Shown here: positions 51,228 to 61,284 of the stretch, piece by piece
Numbering within the stretch: position 1 is the first letter of the stretch
How the letters are laid out: each line of letters opens with the position of its first letter
Assembly (NCBI GenBank): GCA_016197205.1
Contig: JACPWG010000100.1
Span: 8,250 to 72,249, forward strand
Origin: Planctomycetota bacterium
GTDB lineage: Bacteria; Planctomycetota; MHYJ01; WSZJ01; JACPWG01
DNA length: 64,000 bases
Direction: 5' to 3'
Notes under the pieces: model-generated
Database searches by the model: none
Told to the model about the DNA's origin: nothing
The model's input: only the letters and a program-made list of their open reading frames with translations
Program-made: the position numbers and the translations under genes

Positions 51228-52294
51228 GCCAGCTCCGCATCCACCACGAGCACCGCCGCCCCCTGGTGCTTTCCCCTGCGCAAGGAGTCGAGCGCCTCAT
51301 TGGCCGCCTCCAACGCGAAGGGAGTCACTTGCGTGCGCACCGGGATCCGCGGCGCGAGCGCAAGGAAGTCCTCCGCGTCCCGCCGCGTGAGGTTGGCGAC
51401 GGAGCGGAGGACGCGTTCCCCCCAGAGCAGTTCATAAGGGAAGGCGGGGATCTCGCTCATGTGGATCCCGCCGCAGACCACGACCCCGCCCTTGGCGACC
51501 GAGCGGAGGGCGGCGGGTACCAGTGCGCCGACCGGAGCGAGGACGATGGCGGCGTCCAGCTCCTCGGGCGGCCGGACGTCGGAGGCGCCCGCCCATTCGG
51601 CGCCGAGCGAACGGGCGAAGGCCTGCCCCGCGTCGTCGCCCGCGCGCGTGAAGGCGAAGACCCGGCGGCCTTGATGGCGCGCGACCTGAAGGAGGATGTG
51701 GGCCGCGGCGCCGAAGCCGTAGAGGCCGAGGCGACGGGCGTCTCCGGCCATGACGAGCGACCGGTAGCCGATGAGGCCGGCGCAGAGAAGCGGGGCGGCT
51801 TCGAGATCGCCGTAGCCGTCCGGGATCGAAAAACAAAACCGCGCGTCGGCCGCACAGAATTCGGCGAAGCCGCCGTCGAGCTGGTAGCCCGTGAAGCGCG
51901 GTTCGTCGCAGAGATTTTCTCGGCCGCCGGCGCAGAAGCGGCAGGTGCCGCAGGTGGACCCGAGCCACGGCACGCCGACGCGGTCGCCCACCTTCCAGCG
52001 CTTCCTCGTTGGCCCAGACCCCGCCCCAGCCATTGCCAAGCTGCTGCCCGTGGTCGCGGTAGCGCCTGCGCTCCCCCCGTCACCGCCGACCTCGACCACG
52101 CTCCCGACGATCTGGTGGCCGGGGATCACCGGGGACTTCGCCGGCGGCAACTCGCCATCGACCACGTGCAGGTCGGTCCGGCACACCGCGCACGCATGGA
52201 CGCGGAGCAGGAGCTGCCCGGGCGCGGGCCGCGGCGTGGGGACGTCGGCGGCCCGGAGCGGCGTGCGCGGGGCGTCGAGGAGCATGGCGCGCAT
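51095..52294 (-). CDS. Zinc-dependent alcohol dehydrogenase family protein
   Basis: CAVCRTDLH, PGHQIVG, CGTCRFC...ENLC, APLLCAGLIG, GFGAAA, SVANLTR. Confidence 0.93.
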   Translation of the reverse strand: MRAMLLDAPRTPLRAADVPTPRPAPGQLLLRVHACAVCRTDLHVVDGELPPAKSPVIPGHQIVGSVVEVGGDGGSAGATATTGSSLAMAGAGSGPTRKRWKVGDRVGVPWLGSTCGTCRFCAGGRENLCDEPRFTGYQLDGGFAEFCAADARFCFSIPDGYGDLEAAPLLCAGLIGYRSLVMAGDARRLGLYGFGAAAHILLQVARHQGRRVFAFTRAGDDAGQAFARSLGAEWAGASDVRPPEELDAAIVLAPVGALVPAALRSVAKGGVVVCGGIHMSEIPAFPYELLWGERVLRSVANLTRRDAEDFLALAPRIPVRTQVTPFALEAANEALDSLRRGKHQGAAVLVVDAELARWTQRPASASPRLCVKVSHSPHAAGSNFKLQKVKFQISNFARV

Positions 52295-52327
52295 CGCAGC
52301 CTCCACCTGCCCGGGCCTGAAGGGTTA

Positions 52328-52582
52328 GGGCCCGTAAGAAAATAACTTGCTCGTTTAACGGGCAGGGGAGCAACAGGAATTCTCAATGCTCAATTTTCAA
52401 GACTCAGACAAGGTTCAAGGTTCAATTCTCAATGACCACCATGGAACGCAGCCCGGGCACGGACTCGCGGACTCTGAGCCTTGAAATTTGAGCCTGGTCT
52501 GGAAATTGATCATTAAGCCTTGAACCTTATCATGAAAAGCTCCCTGGTTTCCGAATTGAATGGGTTGTTTCTTGACACGCCC
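52328..52582. mobile_element. GGGCCCGTAA-family MITE, uninterrupted copy
   Basis: Colinear with 42189-42704 minus the nested insert; single GAATTCTC at 52377-52384. Confidence 0.85.
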
Positions 52583-52634
52583 TTGCCGTCCTCGGCCGCG
52601 AAGGCGAGTCGCAAGCTTGTCCCGCGGCCGCCCC

Positions 52635-54296
52635 TCACTTCTCCCCGGGGGTCTCCCCGGGAGCGGAGCCGGCCGGCGGCTGCCCGTCGCCTGCGCCGGC
52701 CGGAGGCGCCTCTTTGGGCTTGTTCCGTTCGTCGAGCTCCCGAAGCCGCCGTTCGTAGAAATCCACCATGCGCTCCACCGACTCGGCGGAGGGCTTCCCG
52801 TGTGGCGTGACGAGGACGAGGGACTTCCCACGCGGCCACATGCCGCCCGCGGAACGACCCTTCCCCTGGAAGCGAGCGGCAAGCTTGCCGCGTTCGAGGG
52901 CGCAGAGCTGTTTGGACAGGAATTCGAACACATACACATCGATCCAGTCCGCTCCGTCCGGCGGGACCGCGCTCCCGCACAGCCGCAGGTACCAAACCGA
53001 GTTGACATTCTGAGGACCGATCCCCTGGAAGAATTCGGCTTGCCGGGTGACGGTCCAGACTTTGGTGCGGGGCACGTCCGCGGGATTGCCCGGGCTGCCG
53101 GGGGCGACAGGCGCGGGCAGCGTGGCAACGACCAGTCCCTCGGGAAGCTCCTCGGGATCCAACGTGAGAGAATCGCCGGTTGCGGAGACGGACTTTTTCG
53201 CGGCGGCCAGTGCATCCGCGATGACCTTGAGGGGGGGCGAGAGCATGCCCTTCAGCACGTCGGCGTCGTACCCCTCGCCCGGCAGGGAGAGGTCCGCGGG
53301 AACGGGCGAGTTCCGGGCCTTGAAGGTCCTCTCGCCGTAATACCGCCGAAGGTCCTCCACCCGAAACAGGACCTCCCGGACGCTGGTCTGCATCAACTCG
53401 GGCCAATACGTCACGAGGTATTTCCTCTGGTATTCGTCGTGACCGGCGGAGAGCGCCGCGATCTGCGAACGGTATTCGGCGAGCTTTCGCGCCCACGCCT
53501 GGGGGGAGTACCTTGGACGCGAGGGATCCCCGCCATCGGCCGCCCACTCTTCGGCCTGCGCGCTCATCTCCTTCGCGAGCCGCTCGATCGTCGCGAGCAG
53601 CCGGCGGACGTAGGCGAGAAACTCCTGCCAGTCCCGACGCTCCTCTTCGTGGGTGCCGCAGCGGACACGAGTGCGGGCGACGAGGGGCACGGGCACCAAG
53701 TCCTGGAGCGGAGCGGGCTGGTCGCCGGCATCGATCGTCGCGGTCACTTCGTAGACGCCGGCGAGGAAGCGGCGCCCCTCGATCGGGGGGAGCCGCCCCT
53801 CGAATTTCCCCTGCGCATCGAGCGAGAGGGGAAACACGGCCTGGGAGACGAGGCCGCCCGAGAAGGAGGTCGTGATGAGGACGGAGGCGCTCTCGGGGAG
53901 GGGGGCTCCGCCGGAAACGACGAGGGAAATTCCGCCTTCTTCCGCAAGGAACTCCGCGCTCACGCTGAGTTCGGTGAAGGGCTTGGGTGCGGTGGAGGGT
54001 GGATCTTGCCCGCACACCAGACGCATCGGAAGGGAGAGGCCCAGCAACAGGAGGAGAGGTATCGGTACGGCCCGTGTGTGGAGAAGCCGGCGGAAGCGCC
54101 TTACAAGGCAGGAGCGAGCAGAGGCTGGGCCGCTCCCCGCGTCCGGGGGAGAGAGTACCGGCTCGGACCGGCTACACGACGGGGGCAGCCGTCCCGAACT
54201 GACGACTCGAGGGCAGAGGCCGGGGAAAGGAGGGGTCCCGCGGGCTCCGCCGAGGCCGCCCTCGCGCAGGGGTCCTCTCTCCCGACCTGGGCGCAC
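52635..54296 (-). CDS. Hypothetical exported protein (start uncertain)
   Basis: Hydrophobic LLLLLGLSL segment followed by beta-rich then helical domains; directly follows the pilin cassette. Confidence 0.65.
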   Translation of the reverse strand: MRPGRERGPLREGGLGGARGTPPFPGLCPRVVSSGRLPPSCSRSEPVLSPPDAGSGPASARSCLVRRFRRLLHTRAVPIPLLLLLGLSLPMRLVCGQDPPSTAPKPFTELSVSAEFLAEEGGISLVVSGGAPLPESASVLITTSFSGGLVSQAVFPLSLDAQGKFEGRLPPIEGRRFLAGVYEVTATIDAGDQPAPLQDLVPVPLVARTRVRCGTHEEERRDWQEFLAYVRRLLATIERLAKEMSAQAEEWAADGGDPSRPRYSPQAWARKLAEYRSQIAALSAGHDEYQRKYLVTYWPELMQTSVREVLFRVEDLRRYYGERTFKARNSPVPADLSLPGEGYDADVLKGMLSPPLKVIADALAAAKKSVSATGDSLTLDPEELPEGLVVATLPAPVAPGSPGNPADVPRTKVWTVTRQAEFFQGIGPQNVNSVWYLRLCGSAVPPDGADWIDVYVFEFLSKQLCALERGKLAARFQGKGRSAGGMWPRGKSLVLVTPHGKPSAESVERMVDFYERRLRELDERNKPKEAPPAGAGDGQPPAGSAPGETPGEK

Positions 54297-54321
54297 ATCG
54301 GCGTGGTTGGACGAGGCCACT

Positions 54322-57300
54322 CTACTCGCTGGTCGGGGACTCCAGCACAAGGAGGGCGGGGACGGGGTTGGCTTGGGGTGAGGCATTGGCGGTGACCCCC
54401 GGGGTGACGTTGTTGGGCACGTACGCATAGACCAGTGTCACGTCATCGAGGTAGGCCGAGATGTTACGGGGATTCGATCCGCCGGTCTGCCAGTAGGCCC
54501 TGTAAAAAAAATTCGCGCCGGCGGCGGCCGTGTTGACCAGGAGCTGGGTGCCCGTGACGGAGGGCGTGAGCGAGATTTCACCATGCACGAAGTTGGTTCT
54601 CGACAAATTCGGCGCCGTGGTCAGGGACGCTGGGGATGGCGACAAGGCCGGCACTTGGCCGGCGACTCCGGTCGTCGACGCAGGGAAAAAGCTTGTCTGG
54701 AGGGCGCCGAGCGGGACGTACGAGTACCGCACGTCGATGAAGGGCCGAGGCACGGCGACGGCGCTGCCGTCGGAGTTGAACCGTGGCCGGTGGGCCGTGA
54801 ACAAGAGATGGAGGGGACGCGCGAGCGTGGCGGCCGTGGGACGGGTGGGGGTGGGTTGGTTCTGCTGCCCGACGGGCGCCGCGAGCTGAAACTGGCCCTG
54901 GTAATACCCGGTGGCCCCGCCCGGGGGCGTGACCGCGGTGGAAATGTTGACCGCGGCGTAGTTGTTGTAGCGGTGGACCGCGGGGGCGGCAAGGAGGTTG
55001 GCGATGCCAGGTGTGAAATAGGGCGGATTGGTATAGGCCCTGACGGAATCCACGGTCCCCTCGGCCTGCCGGTTCTGAAGGACGTTGCCCGTGGTGAGAG
55101 TCACGGAACTGCCGGCCTGGAGGTTGGGCCGAATCTGGTTGACGTTGAAGTTTCCGGCCGCCGGGAAGGACGTTCCAACAAATCTCCTGCCATCGATGTA
55201 GATGGACAGGGTTGTGAAGGCAGACCACGCGAGGAGGAAATGGTGCCACTCCCCCGGTTGCAGGCCTTGTCCGAGGGGGAAGATCGCGAGGCTTGTCGGC
55301 TGAATGAAGTTTTGGACGTCACGCCATTGAAAGAAGGAGGGCTGGGGATTATTGAAGAACAGGTTAGGGGGATTGGGGGCGTTCACTCCCCCGAAGGCAC
55401 CGGTGTAGTGTGCGCCATCGAGGAAGAGGGACCCTGCGGGCACGGCACCGCCGGAGGGCGCGGCATTTCTCCGAAGCGTGAGCACGAATCCGCGCGTGGT
55501 GGCAGGTGCCGCGGGAGGGATCGGAAAGCGATAGGGGATGACGAACTGGGCGATCCCCATGGGAAGGGCCGTGCTGGGATACACCACCAGATTCGGCCGA
55601 TACCAGAATTCGATCGCCCCCTGGTTTGGGCTTGTGTTCCTTGGCGGGTTGGTGGTGGCGGCCACGTTGGGATTGTGGGCGCTGAACTGGTTGACCTTGA
55701 AGCGCATCGACGTGTGGAGGAGCCCCTCCGGCAGCAGATCACTCGCCGCGGCATTGGTCGCGCCGAAGACCGTGACGCCTTCCCTTACATCCGTCATCGC
55801 AGGTGGAGCGGGGAGAGGGTAGGTCCCGTCGCCGGTCCCAGTGACGCTCGGCGTGCGCTGAGCAAGGTAGTCGGCCGCAAGCTGCGCCGTGCCGAGGCCG
55901 GCGACCGGGCGGGTCGGGTTCTCCTGGAGCACAAGCTGCCCGTCGAGGTCCGTGCGCAGGTTCGTGTCGGCGAGCGATTCGGGGAGGGTCAGGGTCTGCG
56001 TCGGCGGAGGGAGGCCCCCCGTCCGGTTGTTTTCGAAGTCGAACTGGGTCGTGTGGCGGAGGATTTCGTAGAGCTTCGCGACCGCGCGCAGCCGCGCGTC
56101 GGCCCGCAGCCGTGGGATGTCCGCTCCGGCCGGACCGCGAGTCTGATCCACGACGCGGCCATAGGATTGAATTTCGTAGTAGCCCATCGAGGAGAAGCAG
56201 AACTCGGTCGTGAAAGAGACGAGGTCGCTCTTATCGATCGTGAGGTAGACTACCCGGGCGGGGTTGAACTTGTTCAGCAGCGAGTTGGGATTCGCATTCG
56301 CCTTGATGCAGCTCCGCTGGCTTGCCGTCAGCCCGCTTGCAATGACGACGTTGTCGGCCCAATCGAAGAAGTCCTCCCAGTTCCGGAAGGGGAGATTCCT
56401 ACGGCGCACGAGGACCTGCAGGGCCAGTTCTCGAGCCTGGGTCTGCGTGAGAGGCGTACTGTCCACGCGCAAGAAGTTGCCGGCCAGATTGACCTGAAGC
56501 TCGCGACCGCTCAACCCCTGGAAGACCATCATGAGCACGGGCACGCTCGCCGTGTTGACGTTGATCGGCGCGCGGCCCTGGCCGAGCGGGCTGTTCACGG
56601 CGCGGAGGAACGCCAGGTTCTCGGCGATCGGCGGAGCGGATGCGGCCAGGGCCGCCTGGGGCTGCGGGAGGAGGACGGTCCGGTCGACCCATGCCTCCTC
56701 GGTCACGAAATGGCGGAGGACGCGGAAGCGGTCGTTGGCCCGCTGGTAGGAGGCCACGCTCGCTCCGAAGGTCGCGGTTTCCGCGGCCAGCATTGCCTCG
56801 AAGAGTTCCCCCTTGTTCATGAAGAGCTGGTTCGGACGGGCACCCCGGTTCGCAATGATGCTGTTCGCATAAGCGGAGCTCGGGACGGGGTTGATGACCT
56901 TTAGACCGCCCGCCTGAGTGTAGCTGACAATGGCGGCCGCTAGGTTCACGAGCATCGTGTTCAGGCTCGCGTGGCGCATGTTGATGTAGAGCTGGCTCGC
57001 GCAGTCCATGACGCGCAGGGTGTAGGTGTCGCCGCGACGATTGACCTGGGGGAGGCCGGCCAGATTCTCCGTGTAGAGGTAGGTGCCGCCGAGCGCACCG
57101 GAATAGGCCCAGTCGTAGGGTCGGCCTGTGAGCGGATCATTGCCGCCCCAGGTCGTGAAGCCGGCGTAGAAGGAGGGCGTAGCGGTGATCCCGCGCACGC
57201 CCGCCGCGCGCACGCTCGGCGGTGGCACCTCGTTCAGCTCCATCAGCCGCAGGCCGGTCGTGGGAGGAACCGCCGTGTTGTCCGCCGCGACATTTGGGTC

Positions 57301-57717
57301 GTTGAGGGTCAGCGTAGGCTCGTAGGCCGGCCAGGACTGCGACATGCTCCACTGGAACGGCGGCACCTGGGGCAGGGGATTCGGGGGGACGGGACTCGCG
57401 GTCGCTCCAGGAGGGGCCCAGGGAAAAGGCACGACGCCCGGCGGAGCGCTGAAATCATTGTAATTGAGGGCGTCGAAGGCGTACTTCGTCACCGCCACGG
57501 AGAGCTCGGTGAGGGCATGCTGGAGGCCGGCCTGGGCCAACATCCGCGCCCGCGCCTGGTCATTGTAGTTGACGATGCTGCTCCTCTCCGCCTGCGAGGT
57601 TGACAGGAACGCGATGCCCAGGATGGCCATGAGGGCGAGCATGCCCATCGCGAAGATGAGCACGAAGCCGCGACGAGAGGCCATGAATTTCACGTGCGGT
57701 CGGCGGATGCGGAGCAT
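54322..57717 (-). CDS. Large PilX/GspK-like minor pilin with C-terminal LamG-like domain
   Basis: RRG-FVLIFAMG..ARARMLAQAGL; INVNTAS; GAIEFWYRP..WHHFLLAW..IYIDG. Confidence 0.82.
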   Translation of the reverse strand: MLRIRRPHVKFMASRRGFVLIFAMGMLALMAILGIAFLSTSQAERSSIVNYNDQARARMLAQAGLQHALTELSVAVTKYAFDALNYNDFSAPPGVVPFPWAPPGATASPVPPNPLPQVPPFQWSMSQSWPAYEPTLTLNDPNVAADNTAVPPTTGLRLMELNEVPPPSVRAAGVRGITATPSFYAGFTTWGGNDPLTGRPYDWAYSGALGGTYLYTENLAGLPQVNRRGDTYTLRVMDCASQLYINMRHASLNTMLVNLAAAIVSYTQAGGLKVINPVPSSAYANSIIANRGARPNQLFMNKGELFEAMLAAETATFGASVASYQRANDRFRVLRHFVTEEAWVDRTVLLPQPQAALAASAPPIAENLAFLRAVNSPLGQGRAPINVNTASVPVLMMVFQGLSGRELQVNLAGNFLRVDSTPLTQTQARELALQVLVRRRNLPFRNWEDFFDWADNVVIASGLTASQRSCIKANANPNSLLNKFNPARVVYLTIDKSDLVSFTTEFCFSSMGYYEIQSYGRVVDQTRGPAGADIPRLRADARLRAVAKLYEILRHTTQFDFENNRTGGLPPPTQTLTLPESLADTNLRTDLDGQLVLQENPTRPVAGLGTAQLAADYLAQRTPSVTGTGDGTYPLPAPPAMTDVREGVTVFGATNAAASDLLPEGLLHTSMRFKVNQFSAHNPNVAATTNPPRNTSPNQGAIEFWYRPNLVVYPSTALPMGIAQFVIPYRFPIPPAAPATTRGFVLTLRRNAAPSGGAVPAGSLFLDGAHYTGAFGGVNAPNPPNLFFNNPQPSFFQWRDVQNFIQPTSLAIFPLGQGLQPGEWHHFLLAWSAFTTLSIYIDGRRFVGTSFPAAGNFNVNQIRPNLQAGSSVTLTTGNVLQNRQAEGTVDSVRAYTNPPYFTPGIANLLAAPAVHRYNNYAAVNISTAVTPPGGATGYYQGQFQLAAPVGQQNQPTPTRPTAATLARPLHLLFTAHRPRFNSDGSAVAVPRPFIDVRYSYVPLGALQTSFFPASTTGVAGQVPALSPSPASLTTAPNLSRTNFVHGEISLTPSVTGTQLLVNTAAAGANFFYRAYWQTGGSNPRNISAYLDDVTLVYAYVPNNVTPGVTANASPQANPVPALLVLESPTSE

Positions 57718-57859
57718 GGCGGTCACCTCGATGCGGTAGGGCCCGCGCGCGCAGTGGCCGGCCCGCAGGCCGGTCTCCCCCGCGCAAAGGCCGCAAGCAC
57801 AAAGCTCGCCCCTCGTCCCCACGCCACCCGGGAGCATGCACGCACAAGTCAACGGGACG

Positions 57860-58972
57860 TCAGTAAGGGCTTTGCGGAAGAAAAAAGACCCGGGAGAGGA
57901 TGCGCTCTTGACGCTCCGGCGCTCCGTCCGTCATCCGGAAAGTAAACCGGAGCGCATAGGGGAGCGTCTCATTCTGCGGATCATCAATGGGGCTGGAGTA
58001 GCCTGGAGGGAGGAAGTTCGCCACTCGAAAGACCGGCTCATTGCCGCCAACGCCGCCCGTCGGCCGTGCCCAGAGGGCCTCGATGTTCATGGAGAGGATG
58101 TACTGGCCGATGTCTCCGCTGTCGAGCACGAGGAGGTTGGGATCCTGGGGCCCGGTCGTCAGGAGGCCGTCATTCGCCGTGACCGTCACGTTCGGCGGGG
58201 GATTGCCCGGGCCCGGCACCAGCGGAGGCGGCACGAACGGGGCGAAGCCGTTCGCGTAGCCCGCCAGCGTGGGTTGAAAATTGGGGTTGACCTGCGGGAT
58301 CCGATAGACGAGGCGGCGAAGAACGAACAGCCACCGGAGGCGGGGGTTGCCGGTATTGTTGTCGAAACCCACCGTGCGCGAAGTCGCGAAGTTTGTCGCC
58401 ACCTCGTTCACGGCTGGATCGGAATCGGGCACGAGCCGGTACAGGATGTGGACCTTCTGGATCCACCGGTTGTCCATGCGATCCGGGGCGCCGACCCCCA
58501 GCGGGTCATGAATGGGAATGTTGGCGCGGAACTGCAGACGGTCTCCCGCCGGGCTGCGCCAGGACAACCCTTCCGTGTTCGGCAGCGGCTGTGTCGTATC
58601 GCCGTCAAAATTCTCCAGAATGAACCTCTGCCCTTGGGTGAGCGGGGCGACACCGGCCAGATCGCGCTCGATGATCTCGATCAGGGTCCGTGCGTTTGCG
58701 TAGATCGAGAGCCGTGCGCTCGCCGTCTCGGCGATCTGGGAGGAGCCCGTGAGAATCAACGCCACGGTCCCGACCATGAGGGTCGACAAGCCGATGGAGA
58801 CCATGAGTTCGATGAGGGTGAACGCACCAACGCGGCGAGGCGAGTGGGGACTTGGGCCGCGCAGCCAGGTGCGGGCAGGGCTCGGCACCGGGAGAGGGCG
58901 CGCAGGCAACGCCGCCGAATCGGGAGGCAAACCGTTTTCCCGCGCGTCGGCCGCGGGACGGCTCGGGATCAT
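57860..58972 (-). CDS. PilW/GspJ-like prepilin
   Basis: GA-FTLIELMVSIGL..AR....IERDL; P.ALRFTF. Confidence 0.85.
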   Translation of the reverse strand: MIPSRPAADARENGLPPDSAALPARPLPVPSPARTWLRGPSPHSPRRVGAFTLIELMVSIGLSTLMVGTVALILTGSSQIAETASARLSIYANARTLIEIIERDLAGVAPLTQGQRFILENFDGDTTQPLPNTEGLSWRSPAGDRLQFRANIPIHDPLGVGAPDRMDNRWIQKVHILYRLVPDSDPAVNEVATNFATSRTVGFDNNTGNPRLRWLFVLRRLVYRIPQVNPNFQPTLAGYANGFAPFVPPPLVPGPGNPPPNVTVTANDGLLTTGPQDPNLLVLDSGDIGQYILSMNIEALWARPTGGVGGNEPVFRVANFLPPGYSSPIDDPQNETLPYALRFTFRMTDGAPERQERILSRVFFLPQSPY

Positions 58973-58983
58973 GAGCGACTCCT

Positions 58984-59892
58984 CTACTGTCCTACCGTCG
59001 CCTGGAAGGTGTATACGTGCACCGGAGGCTGGTTGGGATCGTTCCACTGCCCGGCCGTGAGGAGATCATAGTTCCGGAAGATGCGCACCCGGAATTCCCA
59101 GCGATTCACGAGCACCGGGGGATTGACATTGGGACGGTTTAGGTTCGGATTGGGGTTCGGCACCCGCTCAACGATGAAGTCGTAGAAGTACTGCATCGAG
59201 TCGACCGTCACGTCAGTGGCCAAGAGGACGTTCGGTACATCGGGTGGCGTGGGCGCCACCGAGCCGTTGACGTCCCGCACCAGGCGGACGAGGGGGTTCG
59301 GGGACAGGCCCACCTGAGGCGTCCCGCCGATGCGGAAGATCTCGTTGCCGAGGGGATTGACTCCCGCGACGGTCGCGGGCACCCATGCGCCGACCGGCGT
59401 GACGCCGAAAGTGAAGGTGTTGAAGTTCGACGTCGAGGCCGGCGAGGGCGTGGGGGCGGCTTCGATGGTGTTGGGGAGCTGGGGGTACAACCGGCCGCCG
59501 GGGTGGTGCCGCTTGTCCCCCGACTCATACGGCAGCGGAAAGGGATACTGGGGCATGGTGGTGTTGGGCAAGGCGACCATGGAGCTCGTACCCGTGCCGA
59601 CGCCGTCATGAATGAAATTCACCCAGAGGATGGGGCCCTGGTTGTTGGCGACCGGATTCGCCTGCGCCCGTGGAGCGGACATCGCAACCTGAAGGGCTGC
59701 GGCCACGGACTGGGCGAGCATGGAGGCGTTGAATTCTTCCGAGGTCTCCTTTGTCTGGCGGATGCCGAGGACGAGGAGCGACATCACGCCCGTGATGCCG
59801 ATGAGGAGGATGACCAGTGCGACGAGGATTTCGATCAGCGTGAAAGCCGAGCGAGGCGTCGAATCGCCTCGCCGGCTGAGAGGCGAGTCCAT
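58984..59892 (-). CDS. PilV/GspI-like prepilin
   Basis: SA-FTLIEILVALVILLIGI.GVMSLL..G. Confidence 0.85.
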   Translation of the reverse strand: MDSPLSRRGDSTPRSAFTLIEILVALVILLIGITGVMSLLVLGIRQTKETSEEFNASMLAQSVAAALQVAMSAPRAQANPVANNQGPILWVNFIHDGVGTGTSSMVALPNTTMPQYPFPLPYESGDKRHHPGGRLYPQLPNTIEAAPTPSPASTSNFNTFTFGVTPVGAWVPATVAGVNPLGNEIFRIGGTPQVGLSPNPLVRLVRDVNGSVAPTPPDVPNVLLATDVTVDSMQYFYDFIVERVPNPNPNLNRPNVNPPVLVNRWEFRVRIFRNYDLLTAGQWNDPNQPPVHVYTFQATVGQ

Positions 59893-59953
59893 GCGCGCGG
59901 ATCTCCGGCGTGGAACCGGGGCCAGGGAAGGAATGAAGATGAGCCTGAAAGCG

Positions 59954-59983
59954 AGTATAGCGAGCGCGGGGAGAGCGAGGCAA
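59954..59983 (-). promoter_or_regulatory. Sigma70 promoter of pilin cassette
   Basis: TTGCCT-N18-TATACT. Confidence 0.55.
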
Positions 59984-60114
59984 GGGAAAAACGCTGGAAC
60001 GAGCGTATGCGCCGAAAGCAGATCGGGCATCCGCGGTGACCGGCAGAGGACTGACGAGCAGGGCCCGAGGGTCCCCAACCGCCGCTCCCGCCCGCCCGCC
60101 AAAATCCCCCCTGC

Positions 60115-60271
60115 TCCGTACCCGCCCTGCGGTAGCATTGCCGACGTGCGCACGCCACGAGTCGCGGCTCGCCTGCTCACCTTCGCCGCCCTCGCGCTCG
60201 CAGCGCTTCTGATCCTGCGCCCCAGCGCCGGAAGACCTCGCCGCCGAGCAACCCGGACGCCGCCGCCTTGA
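60115..60271 (+). repeat. Diverged duplicate of the upstream region and signal-peptide coding sequence of the 61285 gene (41-aa mini-ORF 60146-60271)
   Basis: CCGTACCCGCCC(T/C)GCGGTA(G/T)CAT(T/C)GCCGAC(G/A)TGCGCA.. shared with 61255-61370. Confidence 0.75.
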
Positions 60272-60297
60272 CCCGGCACCGAACGCCCGCGTATAAT
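60268..60297 (+). promoter_or_regulatory. Near-consensus sigma70 promoter of DUF4058 gene
   Basis: TTGACC-N18-TATAAT. Confidence 0.7.
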
Positions 60298-60365
60298 GCG
60301 CGTGTGGCGTCAGCAAAAAGAGCGAGAAGCTCCACCCCAGTCGAGCTGCTGCCGAGGGCACAGAC

Positions 60366-61148
60366 ATGCCGAGCCCCTTCCCGGGCATGGACCCCTACCT
60401 TGAAGACCCGAGCCTCTTCGCGGGCTTCCACGAGGGTCTGGCGGTCGAGATGCGCCGCCGGTTGAACAGCCTCCTGCCACGCCCGTACGCGGCCGACGTC
60501 GGCTATCGGTTGGTCACCGACTCGATGGACGACGAGGAAGTCCGCGTCTTTCTTCCCGATGTCGCCGTGCCCCGCGAACCCGCCTCCCCTCTTCGGGAGG
60601 AACGCTCAGCCGCAGGCACCGGCTCCAGGACCGCCCCCGTCTCCCTCCTCATGCCCCTTCCCGTGCCCGCGAAGCAGTGTTACGTGGAAGTGCGTAGCCT
60701 TGCGCCGGAGCGCCTCGTGACCGCGATCGAGATCGTTTCCCGGAGCAACAAAAGGCCCGGAAGCGAAGACCAGGAGGCCTTCGCACGGAAGCGCCTGCGG
60801 TATCTGGCCTCGACGATTCACTATCTTGAAATCGATCTGCTCCGAGATGGGGAACGGTGGCCGGCTGCGGCCGACGAGCCGCGCGCGGCCTACCGAGTGC
60901 TCCTGAGTCGAGCCGACCGCCGCCCCCGTGGGGAGGTCTGGCCGATCCACCTCCCCGATCCCTTGCCCGAGCTGCCGGTCCCCCTCCTGAGGCCGGACGC
61001 TGACGCGATCCTCCCGCTTGCCGCCTGCATGGCCTCCGTCTACGAGGACAGCGCCTACAGCCGGCGGATCGACTATCGTAGACCCGTGCCACGACCGCCC
61101 CTGGAGGAAGAGGCGCAGCGCTTCGTCGACCGACTGTTGGCAAGGTGA
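60366..61148 (+). CDS. DUF4058-family protein (Uma2-like PD-(D/E)XK fold)
   Basis: MPSPFPGMDPYLE, PDV, LVTAIEIVS..NK, EIDLLR.G, LP...VPL, IDY. Confidence 0.9.
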   Translation: MPSPFPGMDPYLEDPSLFAGFHEGLAVEMRRRLNSLLPRPYAADVGYRLVTDSMDDEEVRVFLPDVAVPREPASPLREERSAAGTGSRTAPVSLLMPLPVPAKQCYVEVRSLAPERLVTAIEIVSRSNKRPGSEDQEAFARKRLRYLASTIHYLEIDLLRDGERWPAAADEPRAAYRVLLSRADRRPRGEVWPIHLPDPLPELPVPLLRPDADAILPLAACMASVYEDSAYSRRIDYRRPVPRPPLEEEAQRFVDRLLAR

Positions 61149-61284
61149 CTCGACGACGAACTGCCACACTTCGCGGATCGATGACCGGGGAACCGGCTCT
61201 TTCAATGTCTCGCCCGCAACGGGGCGTCCCGCCTCCCGAAGTCCGCCTTGCTTCCCGTACCCGCCCCGCGGTATCATCGCCGAC

